NCBI GenBank assembly: GCA_951406725.2
Contig: OX597819.1
Span: 100,564,001-100,628,000, forward strand
DNA length: 64,000 bases
Source of the DNA: Octopus vulgaris
Taxonomy: Eukaryota
Reading direction: 5' to 3'
The translations under genes and the position numbers were made by a program. Of this stretch, positions 1 through 14,539 are shown in pieces. The notes below the pieces were generated by a model. It searched no databases, was not told the DNA's origin, and was given only the letters and a program-made list of their open reading frames with translations. Within the stretch, counting starts at the first letter, position 1. Each line of letters begins with the position of its first letter.

Positions 1-87
1 CTTTCAGTTTCCGTCTACCAAATCCACTCACAAGGCATTGGTCAGCCCGGGGCTATAGCAGAAGACACTTGCCCAAGATGCCACGCA
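1..87 (-). mobile_element. tRNA-derived CORE-type SINE (family B), partial
   Basis: Matches the copy at 14270-14360 (ctttcagtttccgtctaccaaatccactcacaaggcattggtc...gacacttgcccaag); CORE-like cttgggcaagtgtc on the minus strand. Confidence 0.8.
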
Positions 88-305
88 TAAGATTATATTA
101 CTTGTACAATCAAGATTTTAATTCAGTATCTATCACAACTGTCCTACAAACGGGAACATGAAACACTGAATTACAATTCTGTGATAAATTTGCAGCTTAT
201 ACAAACACACACAAACAAATACACACACACACATATACACACACACATATATATACATACATACATACATACATACATACATACATACATACATACATAC
301 ATACA

Positions 306-336
<31 letters not shown>

Positions 337-959
337 GTGGGAGTGGATGTGAATTTATGCGTGCGTATTATGTATGTATATAGGCATGTATATATGTATG
401 TATATGTATGCATATGTAATACGTCAGAGAGGTTAAAAAATAAACATATTCACTCATATAAAATCAAGTATACTTAAAACCACTCAAACATAATCAGAGA
501 CATACGTTTTTGCTTCATCACTACCCCTTTCCACCCTTGATCTCATCATTATAAATAGTTTACTGTTCCTAGCTCGGCCACCGTCACTTCTGCGGTGTAA
601 CTTCCACGTATGGAACAAACTACGAGAATAGATGCGACAGGTTTTAATTAAAGACCAGCTTGGACGCTGGAGTTGTTTAATACAGCAATGAATTTCATGG
701 AAATCCCTTTGTTTCTTCGTTGGCGGTGAAATATTTGCTATTCCCCTAGGGATGCTATTTTTGTGGGAGGTTAATGGTAACGGGTTTCTTGGTACCGAGG
801 ACACCGCTACGAAATGATATGGCGGAAGGAAATAAAATAAAAGAATAAAGAAATCAAATTAAATAGAATATATAACAGACGTTCGTATTGCGCTGGAAAT
901 TATATGGACGGATACTGGGCGGTTGAGTGTCAGTGCTTTCGATAGTGAGAAGCTTTAGA

Positions 960-1955
960 GGTGGCATTTATAGTGATGATGGTGATGATAGTAATCTATA
1001 GAGATGATGTTAGGGATGGTGCATAATGGTCATGGCGTGTGTAATGGTGTTGATGGTAAAGGCAGAGGTGGTGGTGGTGGTGATTGTTGTTCTGGTAGCT
1101 GCGGTAGTGGTGGCAGTGATCATTCCAGTTCTTTGCTGAATGTGGCGAACTGTATGGCATTAATTTTGCTTTTATTTTTGTTGTCGTTATTGTTGATGGT
1201 GGGTGTGGTGCAAGTAGTAGTGGTGGTGGTGGTGGTGGTGGTGGTTGTGGCTGTGGTTTTGTAGTAGCATTAATGGTAATGGCGGTGGTGATTTAGTGCT
1301 CAGTATGATAACGGAGGTGGGACCTTTTGATGTTGCTGATAGTGTTTTGGCGGTAGGGATGGTGTTGGTGGTAGTGATGATGATGATGATGATGATGCCA
1401 GTGTGACAATAGCAATAGAAGTGGTATTGTATTTGTAGTAGTTTTGGTAAGAGTAGTTCGGATAATAGTGTTAGCCTTTAGAAATAGTAATAGTTGCAGA
1501 GGTGGTGATGGTGGTGGCTGTGGTGACGATGGCGATGGCAGTGGAGACGGAGGTGGTGTTAGTGGTGGTGGTGGCGATGATGGCGGTGTTGTCGGTGGCA
1601 TCAGCGACGCTGGCGATGGTGATGTTAATAAGAGCATGATAGTTATGGTAGTCGTAAAAGCGAAGACAATATTAATGGATGATAAGGAGCATGCTGATGA
1701 TAATGATTATGAGAATGTTGTTGATGATGATGATGATGAGGAGGAGGAGGATGAGGAGGAGGGGAGGTGGATGGGGAGGAGTTGGAAGAGGATAATAATC
1801 ATAACGGTTACGGCGACGATGATGATGATAACGATGAACATGCTGCTGCTGCTGATGATGATGATGAAGATAACGGAAAGGAGGAGGAGGAAATGGATGC
1901 GGAAAGATAACAATAATTACAAGGACGACGACAATGATGATGATGGTGATGATGG

Positions 1956-2048
<93 letters not shown>

Positions 2049-3620
2049 CGACGACGACGATGATGATGATGATGATTATGATGATCGTGACGATCATGAT
2101 GGTTTACGGAACGGATAATAGTACTGATTGTGATCATAATAGTGATGCTATATACGTGTGGACGGGTAGTAATGATAGCTGGGTGCAGTAAGAGATGGAG
2201 AAGACACTTGTGGTTCTGACGATGACGGTAGTATTAGTGATGGTAGTATTGGTTGTGGTGGTGGTGGTGGCTGTATTGGTATTAAAGATGGTGACGGTTG
2301 TACCAATGTGTCTCAAAGATATTAGATGTGATAGTACTGACGGATGCAGTGGCAGTGATGAGTCGGCTGCTGAAGGTGAAGATGACAAAAGCGATTGATA
2401 GAGAAAACAAGTGGGACATATGATAGTGGTGGTACTGTTAGATCGGCGGTGGCCTTTGTTGTGATGGTGGAGTTGCTGGTGGTGGTGGTGGTACTGCTGA
2501 TGGTTGTTGTGGTGGTGATGGTGGTAATTGTGGTGGTACTGGCGGGTGTATTGGAGGTGGTAGTGGCGATTGCGGTGGTGGTAGTGATTGGTGGTGGTGG
2601 TGCTGGTGGTGGTGGTGGTGACGGTGGTTGCGGTGGTGGTGATGGTACTGGTGGTGGTGGTGGTAGTGGTGTGGTGGTAGTGGTTGTGGTGGTGGTAGTG
2701 TGGTGGAGGTGATGGTTGTGTGGTGGAGGTGATGGTTGTGTGGTGGTGGTGATGGTGGTGGTGGTGGTGTGGTAGTGGTTGAGGTGGTAGTACTGGTGCT
2801 GCAGCTGGTAACAACGGTGGTGATACTGATGGTAGTGTTGGCAGCGGTGGTGGTGATTTTAAACAGTGGTGGCAATGATGCAGCAGATACCCTAGATGTT
2901 TGTGGTGTTGCACTTGACAGAATAAGAAAAAAGTGTGAGAAGCTGGTGGCGCGGGGGAGTGGGTTATGTCTACTGGTCACATTGTGTCTGTCAATGGTTA
3001 TCTGGATGGTAACGAATGGGGCTCGAATTTTATTGTTGATGTTGTTATTATTGTCGCCGGTGTTGCTGTTGTGGGTGGTGGTGGTGTTGTTTGTGTTACT
3101 GATGATGTCTGTGGTTGTTGTTGTTGTTGAGGTGGTGGTGGTGGTGGTGGTGGAGACTGTGTTACTTTATGATTTTAGTTTTGTTAGTGGTGGTGGTGGT
3201 AATGATGGTAGTGTGTTGGAGGTGATGATGGTGGTGTTGATGATAGTGATGGTTGTGGTGGTCATAGTTGTGATGGTGACGATGGTGGTGGCAATGGTGG
3301 TGGTTGTGATTGTGATGGTCGTGTGTAAGTGATGGCAACGGTGATGATTGTGGTGGTGATATGTGGTAGTAATAGCTGTGGTGGTGTTGGTGATGGTCGA
3401 GATGATAATTGTGCTGGTAGGGGTGGTGGTGGTGGGAGTGGTGGAAGTGGTGGTAGTGGTGATGGTGGTGGTAGTGTTATTAGTAGCACTGATGGTGGTC
3501 ACGATGACAGTGGTGCTGCTTGTAGTGATACTGGCGTTAAAAGTGATGGCGTAGCTATTGTTGTTAGTGTTGTAGTAGTGGGTGGTGTGTGCTGGTGATG
3601 GTAGTGGGAATATTGGTAAT
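960..3620. repeat. Degenerate (GGT)/(GAT)/(GTT) trinucleotide low-complexity region, including near-pure (GAT)n at about 1935-2080
   Basis: Direct inspection; source of the poly-D/G/V/H/T ORFs. Confidence 0.9.
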
Positions 3621-4013
3621 AATGATGACTTTGTTGCTGTTTAACCATGTGTAAGACGTTATTGAGCAAGCACATAATGTATTCCATCCATGACTATCCC
3701 ATCATATTTTCAGACATCAGGCACAATGCATCTTTTACTATATTATTCAAGGTTCATGGTTTAAAAAGAACAGATGGTATGGTTATAATACGAGATAAAC
3801 TTGGTTACTACTTCTAGCAACTTGAATTACCCCCGTAAGGACTGTTTTGTTAGCTTTCCCTCTTAATGACGTTAATATTTTTGGTGGTGGCAGTTGTGAT
3901 GGCGGCGGCGGTTCTGATGGTGGCTGTGGTGGTATGGGTGGTGCAGGTGGTAATTGTAGTGGTGAGTTAGTAATAATGGTGGTTGTTGGATTGTGGTTCC
4001 TGTTGGAAGTATC

Positions 4014-4420
4014 GGTGGCTAGCTGGCAGAATCGTTAGCACGCCGGACAAAATGCTTAGCGGCATTTCGTCCGTATTTACGTTTCAAGTTCTAATTCCAC
4101 CGGAGTCGACTTTGCCTTACATCCTCCCGAGGTCGATAAAATAAGTACCAGTTGAACACTAGGGTTGATGTAATCAACTAGTCCCCTCCGCCAAAATTCC
4201 AGGCATTGTGCCTTTAGTACAAAAGAATATTATTGGCGTTGTTTGCCGTTATGTTCTGAGTTCAAATTCCGCCGAGGTCGACTTTGCCTTTCATCCTTTC
4301 GGGGTCGATAAATTAAGTACCAGTTACGCACTGGTGTCGATGTAATCGGCTGAAGCCTTTTGTCTGTCCTTGTTTGTTCCCTCTGTGTTTAGCCCCTTGT
4401 AGGTAGTAAAGAAAGAGGTA
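4014..4420 (+). mobile_element. tRNA-derived SINE family A (Meta-domain-like), composite copy
   Basis: Head agctggcagaatcgttagcacgccgg, B-box-like gagttcaaattcc, and body gtcgactttgcctttcatcctttcggggtcgataaattaagtaccag shared with many copies in the window. Confidence 0.8.
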
Positions 4421-7400
4421 ATGATGATGATGGTGATAGTGGTCATGTTATTAATGGAGCCAGTGAAGTGTGTGTTGTTTCGGTGTTCTTACTGCTTTTG
4501 TTGTTGTCTTTATTGTTGATGGCGGTGTTGTTGTTGTTGTTGGTGGTGGTGGTGTTGACCGTCGTCGTGTTTCTGTCCGTAAAGGCATTAATCGCAGTGG
4601 TCTGGATAATCGAAGGGACGTGACTGTTGTTGTTATATTGTTGTAGTTGTAAACGATGAGGTGGTGGTGGTAGTTATGGTGGCGGTGTTGGAGGTGGTGA
4701 AGATTGTTGTGTGGGGTGATGTTGCTGGCAGTTATGGTGGTGGTGGTAGAGGTGGCAGTAGTGGTGGTGTCAAATGTGTTGTTGGTGCTGGTGGTGGTTT
4801 TAATGGTAGTTATGGTGGTGGTTTTGTTGTTCGTGGTTATGGTGATTTTAGTAGTAGTGTTAGTAGCGTTGTTGCTGTAGGTGGTATTAGCGGGGATTGT
4901 GGTATTAGTGGTGGTGGTTATCGTTGTTAACGATGATGTTGGAAAGATGGCGATATTATTGGTGATACTGGCTATGTTTGCCATCACTGCGATAACTATC
5001 GCGATCATTGTGAGGACAAGGTGGTGGTTGTGGTATTGGCGGTTGAGCTGGTGTTGTTGTTGGTGGTGGTGGTGCTGGTGGTGAAAAAGTACCGTTAGAA
5101 GCGTGGCCACGCCGCGGTGATGGAAGAAAACAACTCGACTATTCATTGCATTGGCGCGGCCTTCACAGAAGAAACAATTTGATTGGTCCAATCCCCGGAG
5201 AGCACCTGTCTGGTCTCCATATGATAAATAATATTTCGAATTCACTACGGGATTCTGGCAGAATTACTGACGTTAATGAAACGTCACAGAAGTGGTAATA
5301 GATGGATTTCTTATGAAAATCTTTCCCCGCTTTCTTCGACACACACCCTCCTACGCATCAGACTGTTTTCTTTTTGTTTTTAACCTTGTTCCATGTTTCT
5401 CATCAATGATCTAGCCAGTCCTCTCAATATGGTTGTCTTATGATTTTCTCTCCTCCCTCATTCTCTTTATCTCTATCTCTATTTTTTCTCTCCTTTTTAC
5501 ACTGTCTCTGCATATGTCTCTTTTCTGTTCTCACTAACTATATTCCTTTGCCTTCATATTCTCTCACATATTTTATCTGGCTCTATATTTCTCATCAGTC
5601 ATCTATCAACTTGCTTTAATCTCCGTTTTCCCTTGATCTCTCTCTCACTGCAATGCACAGATTCTTTCTCCCTCACCCTGACACTATTCCCAACCCCCTT
5701 CTCACTGTCTTTCTATTTCTCATTTCAATACACACAAAGTATCTTTCTCTCTCTTTCTCTCTCTTAACATGTATGTTCTTCTATATTCACAACCCCTATT
5801 TTATTATAGCACATCTCACCCTATTACACTCATTTCATCTACGATCTAATACTCAGCGTCTCTTCGGATCTATTTCTCTCTCATTCTCTTTCGCTTTCTC
5901 TCTCTCTCACCCTTTCTCTTGCTCCCCACCCCATCCCCACACAAACAAACAAACGCACACACACTCACTCTTTCTCCCCCACTCTCACACTCCTCCTTCG
6001 ATTTCACCCAATCACTAATTCTCTCTCTCAAAACTGTTTCTATCTCTCTCATTATTTTTATCCATCTGTATTTGAGCATATTTAGTTTTTTTTCTTTTAT
6101 CTTCATTCTTTTATTCATATATTCCATTGTTATTGTCTCTATTTTAACCGTTATTCTTATTATTACACCTATATTCATAGTTTGTTACCAACAACATCCT
6201 AACCTTTACTCTCTCTGTTTCACTGGTTGATGTTCTACCTATCAATTTGTCAGTATTTCTGCCTATCTTTGTACCAGTCTTTGTTCATACATTGCTTCCT
6301 ATTCATACATCTGTCCTATCCACACCTGTCTCAGCCATACTTTTGTCTTTGTCCATTCATTAGACTGTTCACAGCTCTGTCTTTATCCATACCTGTGTAC
6401 CTTTTCATATTCCCGTCATTGGTGATACCACTGTTCAACTCCATACCTCTATACATTAATCTCCACTAACTCGCTGCCTTTATGTTCTGACATCTCCAAA
6501 CTTATCCTTAACATTTTATCGCTCCTACATTTCATCACTATCCTAATATTCGGTTTCTTTTATTTACCTCTCCTCTCCTTGTTTATTTCTACTTCTATAT
6601 TTGCATCTAATTATGCCACACATCACACCACTAACCTAAATACTCTCACTGTCTCTCTCTTTATGTATCTACCTTTTCGTATATCTCATTCTACCTCCTC
6701 TTTTAATCAGTATTTCCCCCTATCTCTCTTCTCCCCCTCGCTTTTCCTATAATTGTTTAGAATCAAATATTTCTTTAATCAGTGATAAGCACCTAACTAT
6801 CTGTTGTAGGTTTGAATCATTAAAATTGGCCCTTTACTTTTTTTCTCTCAATATATTCAATTTGTGTGATTCCACTTTTATTTCAAGAATAATGAGTGAC
6901 CACACAGTTCCCTGATGAAACCAAGCCTTTATGCTAATTTGATTACATTTCACTTCTGTTTTCATTATTTATCGCTCCGCACTTTTCTTTTCTTTTCTAT
7001 TTACCTTACTCTGCTTTTCACTCAATTTGTTTCCTTTATAATATTTATCAAAAGAGATAATTCACCAAGCATTAACACAGGTCTCTTTCTGGAAAGTGTT
7101 GCTGTAACTGTAAATAACCAAATGAAGCCTAAAAATCCTGAACATTTCAGTCGATATTTTTGCAGTTAGGTTTCATTGAAGAGATCAGTATAGGCAGAAG
7201 TCATGCATAAGAAATGGAATATTTCTAGATATGCCAATATTCAACAGTGTTGCTTAAACTCCATTTCAGTAATGAGCAGCCGACACAAATCTGGTTTTGT
7301 ATAAAAGCGTAGTGTATGCGCGACTACATTATAATAAAGCTGCGTGCTTCCTATTTTAAAGACAGTCTGGTTTGATAAGACGGTGATTTGGTAGCTTTTT

Positions 7401-10400
7401 CTTGCTGGTTGAACAACTACACATAAGGTTCCGCGGTAACCGATATTAATCAGTATCATGAAAGAAACGTGATGGAATGTTATTGAGACTAACTGATGGT
7501 GGCTAACTGACTTCAAATTCCATAAAGTCCGAAAGAATATGGCTTTGCGTAGTACGTGAATAGGAGAAAACTAATGGTGCTGTGAGAGATCATCTTCTCT
7601 CCCTATACTGACTTATTTTGTTGATCTTCGTTGCAGATATATCGAATGAGATCTTTAGAACTGATGCACTTTCCTGTGTATGATTAGAACTAAGTCAAAC
7701 TTCTAACGAGATCAAAGTGATACTGCTTCTCCCCCACGAAATAATCATAGAAGTAGCTGATTTCAGCTTTGAAATTAAGTAAAAACTACTTGAATTTTGT
7801 AAGTGTGTATTTGTTTATATTTATGGGAGCTGAAATGGGTTATTTTAGTTTTAATATTCTTGATCATGTAAGTATAAACGTGGTAGTCACACAACAGAAA
7901 CTGATATATGTTTAAATTTACCACCTTTATTTTATTTATTCGGTAATCTGCGTTCTCATCAACAGTGAAGTACTGCATTAGTCCTGATGTACGATTAAAG
8001 AGTTTGGTCCTAGTCACATGAAACCTAAAATGGTGTTCTATAATATTCTATTTACGGAGGTCTTTTGCATAGGCTCTAAAATTTTGTTTACATGAACGAC
8101 TGAACAAATTATGCGATCCCAGGATTTGCTAGAAATACCAGTCACATTTCTTTTAAATTACACTGTACAAGTTAAAATCAATGGTCACATTGAATAATGC
8201 AACCGCTGTTGTTTCAAGTCACTTGCTGGTCTTACCTGCAATGGTTTTCGTAATATGTTTGCTACATCAAGGCTGGTTGGGACTTGAGGACAAGAATGGC
8301 TGGAATACATTCTCCGTTATCTAACTTTTATTTGTCACTCACTTGCAGCACCCTCGCAAACGATCCTAAAGAGTAAGTTTTTTTAATTATAAAATATAAA
8401 TAGTTCACTAAAAAGTGAGCTTTATCGAATAAAAGAATAGCAGTTACTTAATCCAACAGCGAAATAGCAAATTTTCAGTTTATTTTCAGTAAACATCCTT
8501 TTGTAATATGTCCGCCATGATCCGTGAAATTACTTTAACTCTCACTGTTTATAGTTAGATCAAAATGTTGTCAGTAGCCACCATTACAAGGTATCGTCTG
8601 TTCTCAACAGTTTGATTACCACGAATAGTCATTCAGGTAGCTTTTGATGATCTACATTTTTGTTTTCCAAGGGCCTTATATATTTTAGCTTTCTCTTTTG
8701 AATAATGTTTAAGGAAATATTTCTTTCTCTTTTACATTTTTTTTTTTTTGTTTTTAGTACCGTTTAGGCACAGAAAAAATTGAATAGGTAAGAAGTTTAT
8801 TTCACGAACATGAAGACCTGGTTGAGATTCCACAGCTTGGCAACATGGGCAAACGTCATTCAAAAGAGTCTCGGGTCAACCAATGAACTGTGGATAAAAG
8901 TGAGTAGACGGAAGCTGTATGGAAGCTCGCCAAATATATTTTACCTGTGATTCAAAGGTCCAGCCTTGTCATACAAACTATCACGCTGCTTCTACCTGAG
9001 ATTCATAGCAATAGGACATGTGTATATGGAATGTTTACTCACATACGCGTTAATACAACGATAAAATATTTCAGATTATCCAAAGACGGTCAAAAATGAC
9101 GGTGATCCCATCCACCTTATATTTCATTATGGGTTTCATGTTTATGATATTCATCAAAAAAAGTTGTCCAAAGACTTCTAGCATATTTGACCTTACTTTT
9201 GCCACAGCTCGAATTTGTTGGGAGGTTCAGATATGGTATTTAAATAATCTCTTACTAGTTTCATAACTGAAAGTATATTGAATGGAACTTAGCAAACTAT
9301 TTCAAAACCCAATTGATACAGAAACTAGTTATCTTTCAACTATTTCTATAATTAATACAGTTGTGATCGTTGTTGTTAAACTGCTTGGTAGTTCAGATCG
9401 AGCAGATAAATGAACAAAAACATCTCATCTGGATACATCTTTTTTAGACATAATATTTTGCTTTCTGAAGACTTTCGAGTATGGTCTAAAAGTAACTTTC
9501 GTGCTATCTGTAACTAATCAGCCGTCCTTCGTTGAACGAAAAGTACTCACGTAAAAGAAAGCGTGATTTATCACAGACTCGTTAACACGTAAAAGTAGTA
9601 CAAAAAAATAATGAAACACCCATAAGAAATCAGCTGCAGAAAACTTTATATCACCAATTGTTGTAGAAAATCTCAAAGTATATCTAGCAAAACATTTTAA
9701 GAAACGATAGAGAATACTTATTAATACAGCCAAGAGAGTTTTGGAATGAACAGTATTTTACATAGAAAAAATATGTAACTATCAATTTCTCCTTTTATTG
9801 AAGTGAAGTTATGATTTGGGCAGTTCCTTCGAAAGATATTTTGATTGTAAACAATGGAAATAGATAGAAAATATATCTATTTATGGTGGTGTTTAAACAT
9901 AGTTACAACTATCAGGTAAAGGCGGTACAGGAATAGATACGTTATATGTAATGAAGCGTTAAGAAATAAAACGCACAAGCTGATGTATACATTCACGGAG
10001 TCACTGAGCTAATGGCATCTTTTCTTCACCGCATAATTATCTCGAATAAGGCATTTAATGCTCGCTACGTAAATTATCGAAAGTATAATAAATTGAATCA
10101 ATACCAGGATATAATTTGTTATTTTATAGGTTCCCCATGGAGATAATACAATCATTGCACCTGTGATAATTGAACACAGAACATTGTGAGTCGGTGTAAA
10201 CTACCGAAACGTTCTTAGTCTGATGGTCCACAGTTCCTGTGACACTAACTCTTTAATGGGGAAATTAATTAAAAGCAAGAGGGGAAAATGCATAGAGAGG
10301 AGAAATGAAAGGGTAGGAAGGAGAGGTAAGAAAAGGAAGATAGATGAGGAACGGCAACTTGCTCGATCTGAGAGAAACATCAGGTTGTTAGGACCAATTG

Positions 10401-10864
10401 AGAATAAGTAGAATAAACGGAAAGAAAGGGAGAGAGAGGAGAGAAATAAAGAAAAGGGAGAGAGAGGAGGGTAGAGAAAGAGAGAGAGAGAGAGGTCCAC
10501 GTAAGAACAGACTAGCTGACAGGACAAAATACGAAGGCAGACAGACAAACGACTGTTTAATTCCTATGAATCAGAACTGTAAAATGCAACAAAAGATTGC
10601 CAGTGGAATCATTATTTAGATCTTACTCCATATTTTCTACAGCATTTCAATCTATCTTGAATCGTTTCCAGAAAACGCGCGTGTGCACACGCACGCACAC
10701 ACACATGTATACGTAACTACACACATACACACGCAACTGCATGAATGTATGCACGTATTTAAATATATGTATATGTGTGTGTACGTGTGGGTGTATATAT
10801 ATATATATATACACCTAAACAAACTTATAATAACAAACTTATAGTAGCACACTTAAATATATGC

Positions 10865-10933
<69 letters not shown>

Positions 10934-10986
10934 AGTATATATACAAACTTATACATAACAAACTTATAGTAGCACACTTATACATA

Positions 10987-11062
<76 letters not shown>

Positions 11063-11574
11063 GTATATATATATGTGAGAATATATAGCCATATTATGTA
11101 TGTATATGTATATATAATCACATATACGAAAAGCTGACTGCAAAATCTCTCGTAAATCCCGAATAAAACGTCCTTCCCACAAACACTTCTGTCCGCCATA
11201 CCATTGCTATCTTACAAGATGGCGGTGTCCACGCTGTCTTAAATAGACACCAGGGAATAGACGTGATTCTCTTTCCTGATTAATTAAAGCTCTTTCGTTG
11301 AAATCCTTTCCACAGCCCCACTTTGAAAACGATAGCAATATCGCTGATGCCACCCTACACACAATATATTCTACTAACTCCTCAATATCCACCACATGCC
11401 CCAAACTCTATCTCCACCATCGATGCATCATAACAGACAACGCAACCTCCACCGCTATCATTACCATCGATGCATCTTAATAAGGCTCACACATGAACCA
11501 ACGAAGAAATGTATAAGTGGTCATTTGATGTGCTAGAAAAAGCAACCACCACTGTTACAATTACAATTATACGT

Positions 11575-12010
11575 GCAGATATTTCTGTGTGGTTGAGAAA
11601 CTCGTTTTACGAACACGCAATGCCGGGATCAGTTACATTACGTAGCATATTCGGTATGTGTCTTCAACTATAGCCCCGACTCGACCAATGCCTTGCAAGT
11701 GAATTGTGTTGAGGGAAGCTTCTGGGGAAGCCTGTCGCATTACATACATACTAAGATACACACACACACACACACACACACACACTCGCGCACCCGAACA
11801 AACACTCAGACATACACACTCGCGCACACACACATGTGTGTATTTTCCCCTGCCACCGCTTCATAACCGGTGTTTGTATGTTTTTGTCCATACATCTTGA
11901 AGTGATAGACTAAGTACCAATCTTTAACAAAAGAAGCATTGGCGTCGATTTGTACGACTAAACTGGTCGGTGGAGTGCCTCAGCATAGCCGCTGCCCAAT
12001 GATTAAAATT
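11575..12010 (+). mobile_element. SINE family B, degraded, with internal (CA)n
   Basis: Similarity to family B head (ctgtgtggttgagaa...tgtcttcaactatagccccg...gaccaatgccttg) and tail (taagtacc...gtcgatttgtacgactaaa...cagcatagccgc). Confidence 0.65.
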
Positions 12011-13066
12011 GGTAATAGAAATATTCGACCAGATTGCATTGAACCTTCACAGGATCTCCTCCAACAAGAAGTGAACATGAACATCAAATTCAGTAAGGTA
12101 TTTTGGCAGTGTTGAACGGTGCAAAATTTCAATATGTCGTAGAATATGATGTGTTTGAGAAGATGGGTCCCATAGAAAAATGTTTAATGATGGGCTGAGC
12201 ATCTTAGAAAAAACGTAAACGTGGGGGCAAAATAAGGATACAAAAGTTCCATCGATACTACTTCAACTGACTGCAAACAATGCGACGAAGGCAATAATTA
12301 TATGCAACTTAACGTGGATGCAGTATTCGCCTTGAGAGTTCCTTTCATATAGGTGAATGCTACATAAAGGCACAGACATGTATCGTAGCAAACAAGAATA
12401 ATCTGTAACGAGCACCGGAATTGCCAAATCACGTGGTGTCAGTCTATTAGGTTTCTTCAATCTATTGAACATCTTCAATGATCGCATACCGGCCAAATCT
12501 TATTGCCACAATATATAGAATGTCAGTGACAAGCATCTTCGCACTGATAATAACATTACAATAGAATGTCAGTGTCTTTCAGTCATTGATGTTGCAAATT
12601 GCTCGCTGGCTTATGAAAATCATGAACAATATTAGCGACGGAAGCGTAATGCAACGAAATATATCACACTCACAGAAGCCGCAGTGATCTTTCATGATAC
12701 GAATGCAAATCGTGGATATAGCATCACATTTCCAAGATGGGTCCCGAATGAGCCCAGTGCGCTATACTAAAGGACTGCGCACACTAAGTATCAAAGGAAC
12801 CTGGTCAAGTTCACTTCTGTAGTAGTTGCTGAAAATCATGCCCTCCCCATTCATTCAGTTAACTTTCATTGCAACAACCCTCACACAACACTTAGCAACT
12901 TTTGGAGTGAAAACATACTCCATAACGTTATTGCAGGACTTATATATATTCCTCTGTGTATTTGCTTTCAAAAGTATTTTTAATGTACACTTACACCACT
13001 GCGCGCGCTTCAAACTATATTTTGATGCATATGCATACATACATACCTACATGCATACATACATAC

Positions 13067-13140
<74 letters not shown>

Positions 13141-13514
13141 TATATATATATATATATATATATAGAGTATTAATAGAGAGATGAGAAAAAGATTTTAGAG
13201 AGACACATATTTCGAGCAGTATTAATCTTTTCGGGTACATCAATAACAAGTTTTACGAGAGATTTTCTGATTCAGTTTTACGTACCACTGTATGTCCATC
13301 AGCTTCGAGAATAATTAAGAAACAGAGAAAACTTGAATCACAAAAAATTCAAATATAAACGTGAAAATTATACATTCTAGTTTAGAGAAAATGACGTATT
13401 GAGCGTTCGCTGTTGAAGTTGAAAGGAAGATAATAGTTATAGGAAAACTTTTTCTGTGTTGGTGCTTAGACGCACAGATACATACATACACACACACACA
13501 CACATATACATATA

Positions 13515-13782
13515 TTTGAACTCACACCGTAACGGCAGACGAAATACCTATTTCTTTACTACCCACAAGGGGCTACACACAGAGAGGAGACAAACAAGGA
13601 CAGACAAACGGATTAAGTGGATTACATCGACCCCAGTGCGAAACTGGTACTTAATTTATCGACCCCGAAAGGATGAAAGGCAAAGTCGACCTCGGCGGAA
13701 TTTGAACTCAGAACGTAACGGCAGACGAAATACCACTAAGCATTTCGCCCAGCGTGCTAACGTTTCTGCCATCTCGCCACTT
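13515..13782 (-). mobile_element. SINE family A
   Basis: Reverse complement of 46538-46800. Confidence 0.85.
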
Positions 13783-13795
13783 TCATATATATATG

Positions 13796-13883
<88 letters not shown>

Positions 13884-13884
13884 T

Positions 13885-13930
<46 letters not shown>

Positions 13931-14007
13931 GCATTGGGTCTTCCCATAAATAATTCGGTTTTTCGATTGCATAAAATAAAAGTCGGAGTGGAACGTGATA
14001 AATTACT

Positions 14008-14425
14008 TACTCTTTACTCTTTACTATTTTACTTGTTTCAGTCATTTGACTGCGGCCATGCTGGAGCACTGCCTTTAGTCGAGCAACTCGACCCCGGGAC
14101 TTATTCTTTTTGTAAGCCCAGTACTTATTCTATCGGTCTCATTTTGCCGAACCGCTAAGTGACGGGGACGTAAACACACCAGCATCGGTTGTCAAGCAAT
14201 GCTAGGGGAACAAACACAGACACACAAACACACACACATGCATATATATATATACATATATACGACAGGCTTCTTTCAGTTTCCGTCTACCAAATCCACT
14301 CACAAGGCATTGGTCGGCCCGGGGCTATAGTAGAAGACACTTGCCCAAGGTGCCACGCAGTGGGACTGAACCCGGAACCATGTGGTTGGTTAGCAAGCTA
14401 CTTATCACACAGCCACTCCTGCGCC
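14008..14425 (-). mobile_element. SINE family B (CORE-type), near full length, inserted in the mariner 5' region
   Basis: Minus-strand head ggcgcaggagtggctgtgtg...ggttccgggttcagtccc, CORE-like accttgggcaagtgtc, internal TA/CA tract and (gagtaaa)n tail. Confidence 0.85.
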
Positions 14426-14539
14426 TACTTGTTTCAATTTGCTATAAAAGTAGGTACTATTTTTACCTTGATCTCATTCTTAGTGCAAATGTTGAAGAGT
14501 GCAGTTCGATTTTAACAGTTATTTACTCAAAGCTGTAAT

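Noticed and set aside
1444-3598. Long ORFs rich in D/G/V/H/T
   Set aside because: Products of trinucleotide repeats open in several frames on both strands; no domain or splice evidence
4451-5245. 264-aa minus-strand ORF starting MNSKYY with poly-H/Q/T, superficially like a Hox N-terminus
   Set aside because: Starts at GTG, has no hexapeptide or homeobox, and the body is a simple repeat
10815-11060. Repeat-spacer-like duplication acaaacttatagtagcacactta
   Set aside because: Only two copies separated by (TA)n; a local duplication in eukaryotic DNA, not a CRISPR array
12160-12750. Two copies of aagatgggtccc (RWVP, mariner WVPHEL-like)
   Set aside because: No flanking transposase similarity recoverable
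13195-13305. Minus-strand CTGATGG ... ctc GAAA tatgt GTC next to (TA)n
   Set aside because: Too degenerate to fold confidently; possibly an old relic but unsupported
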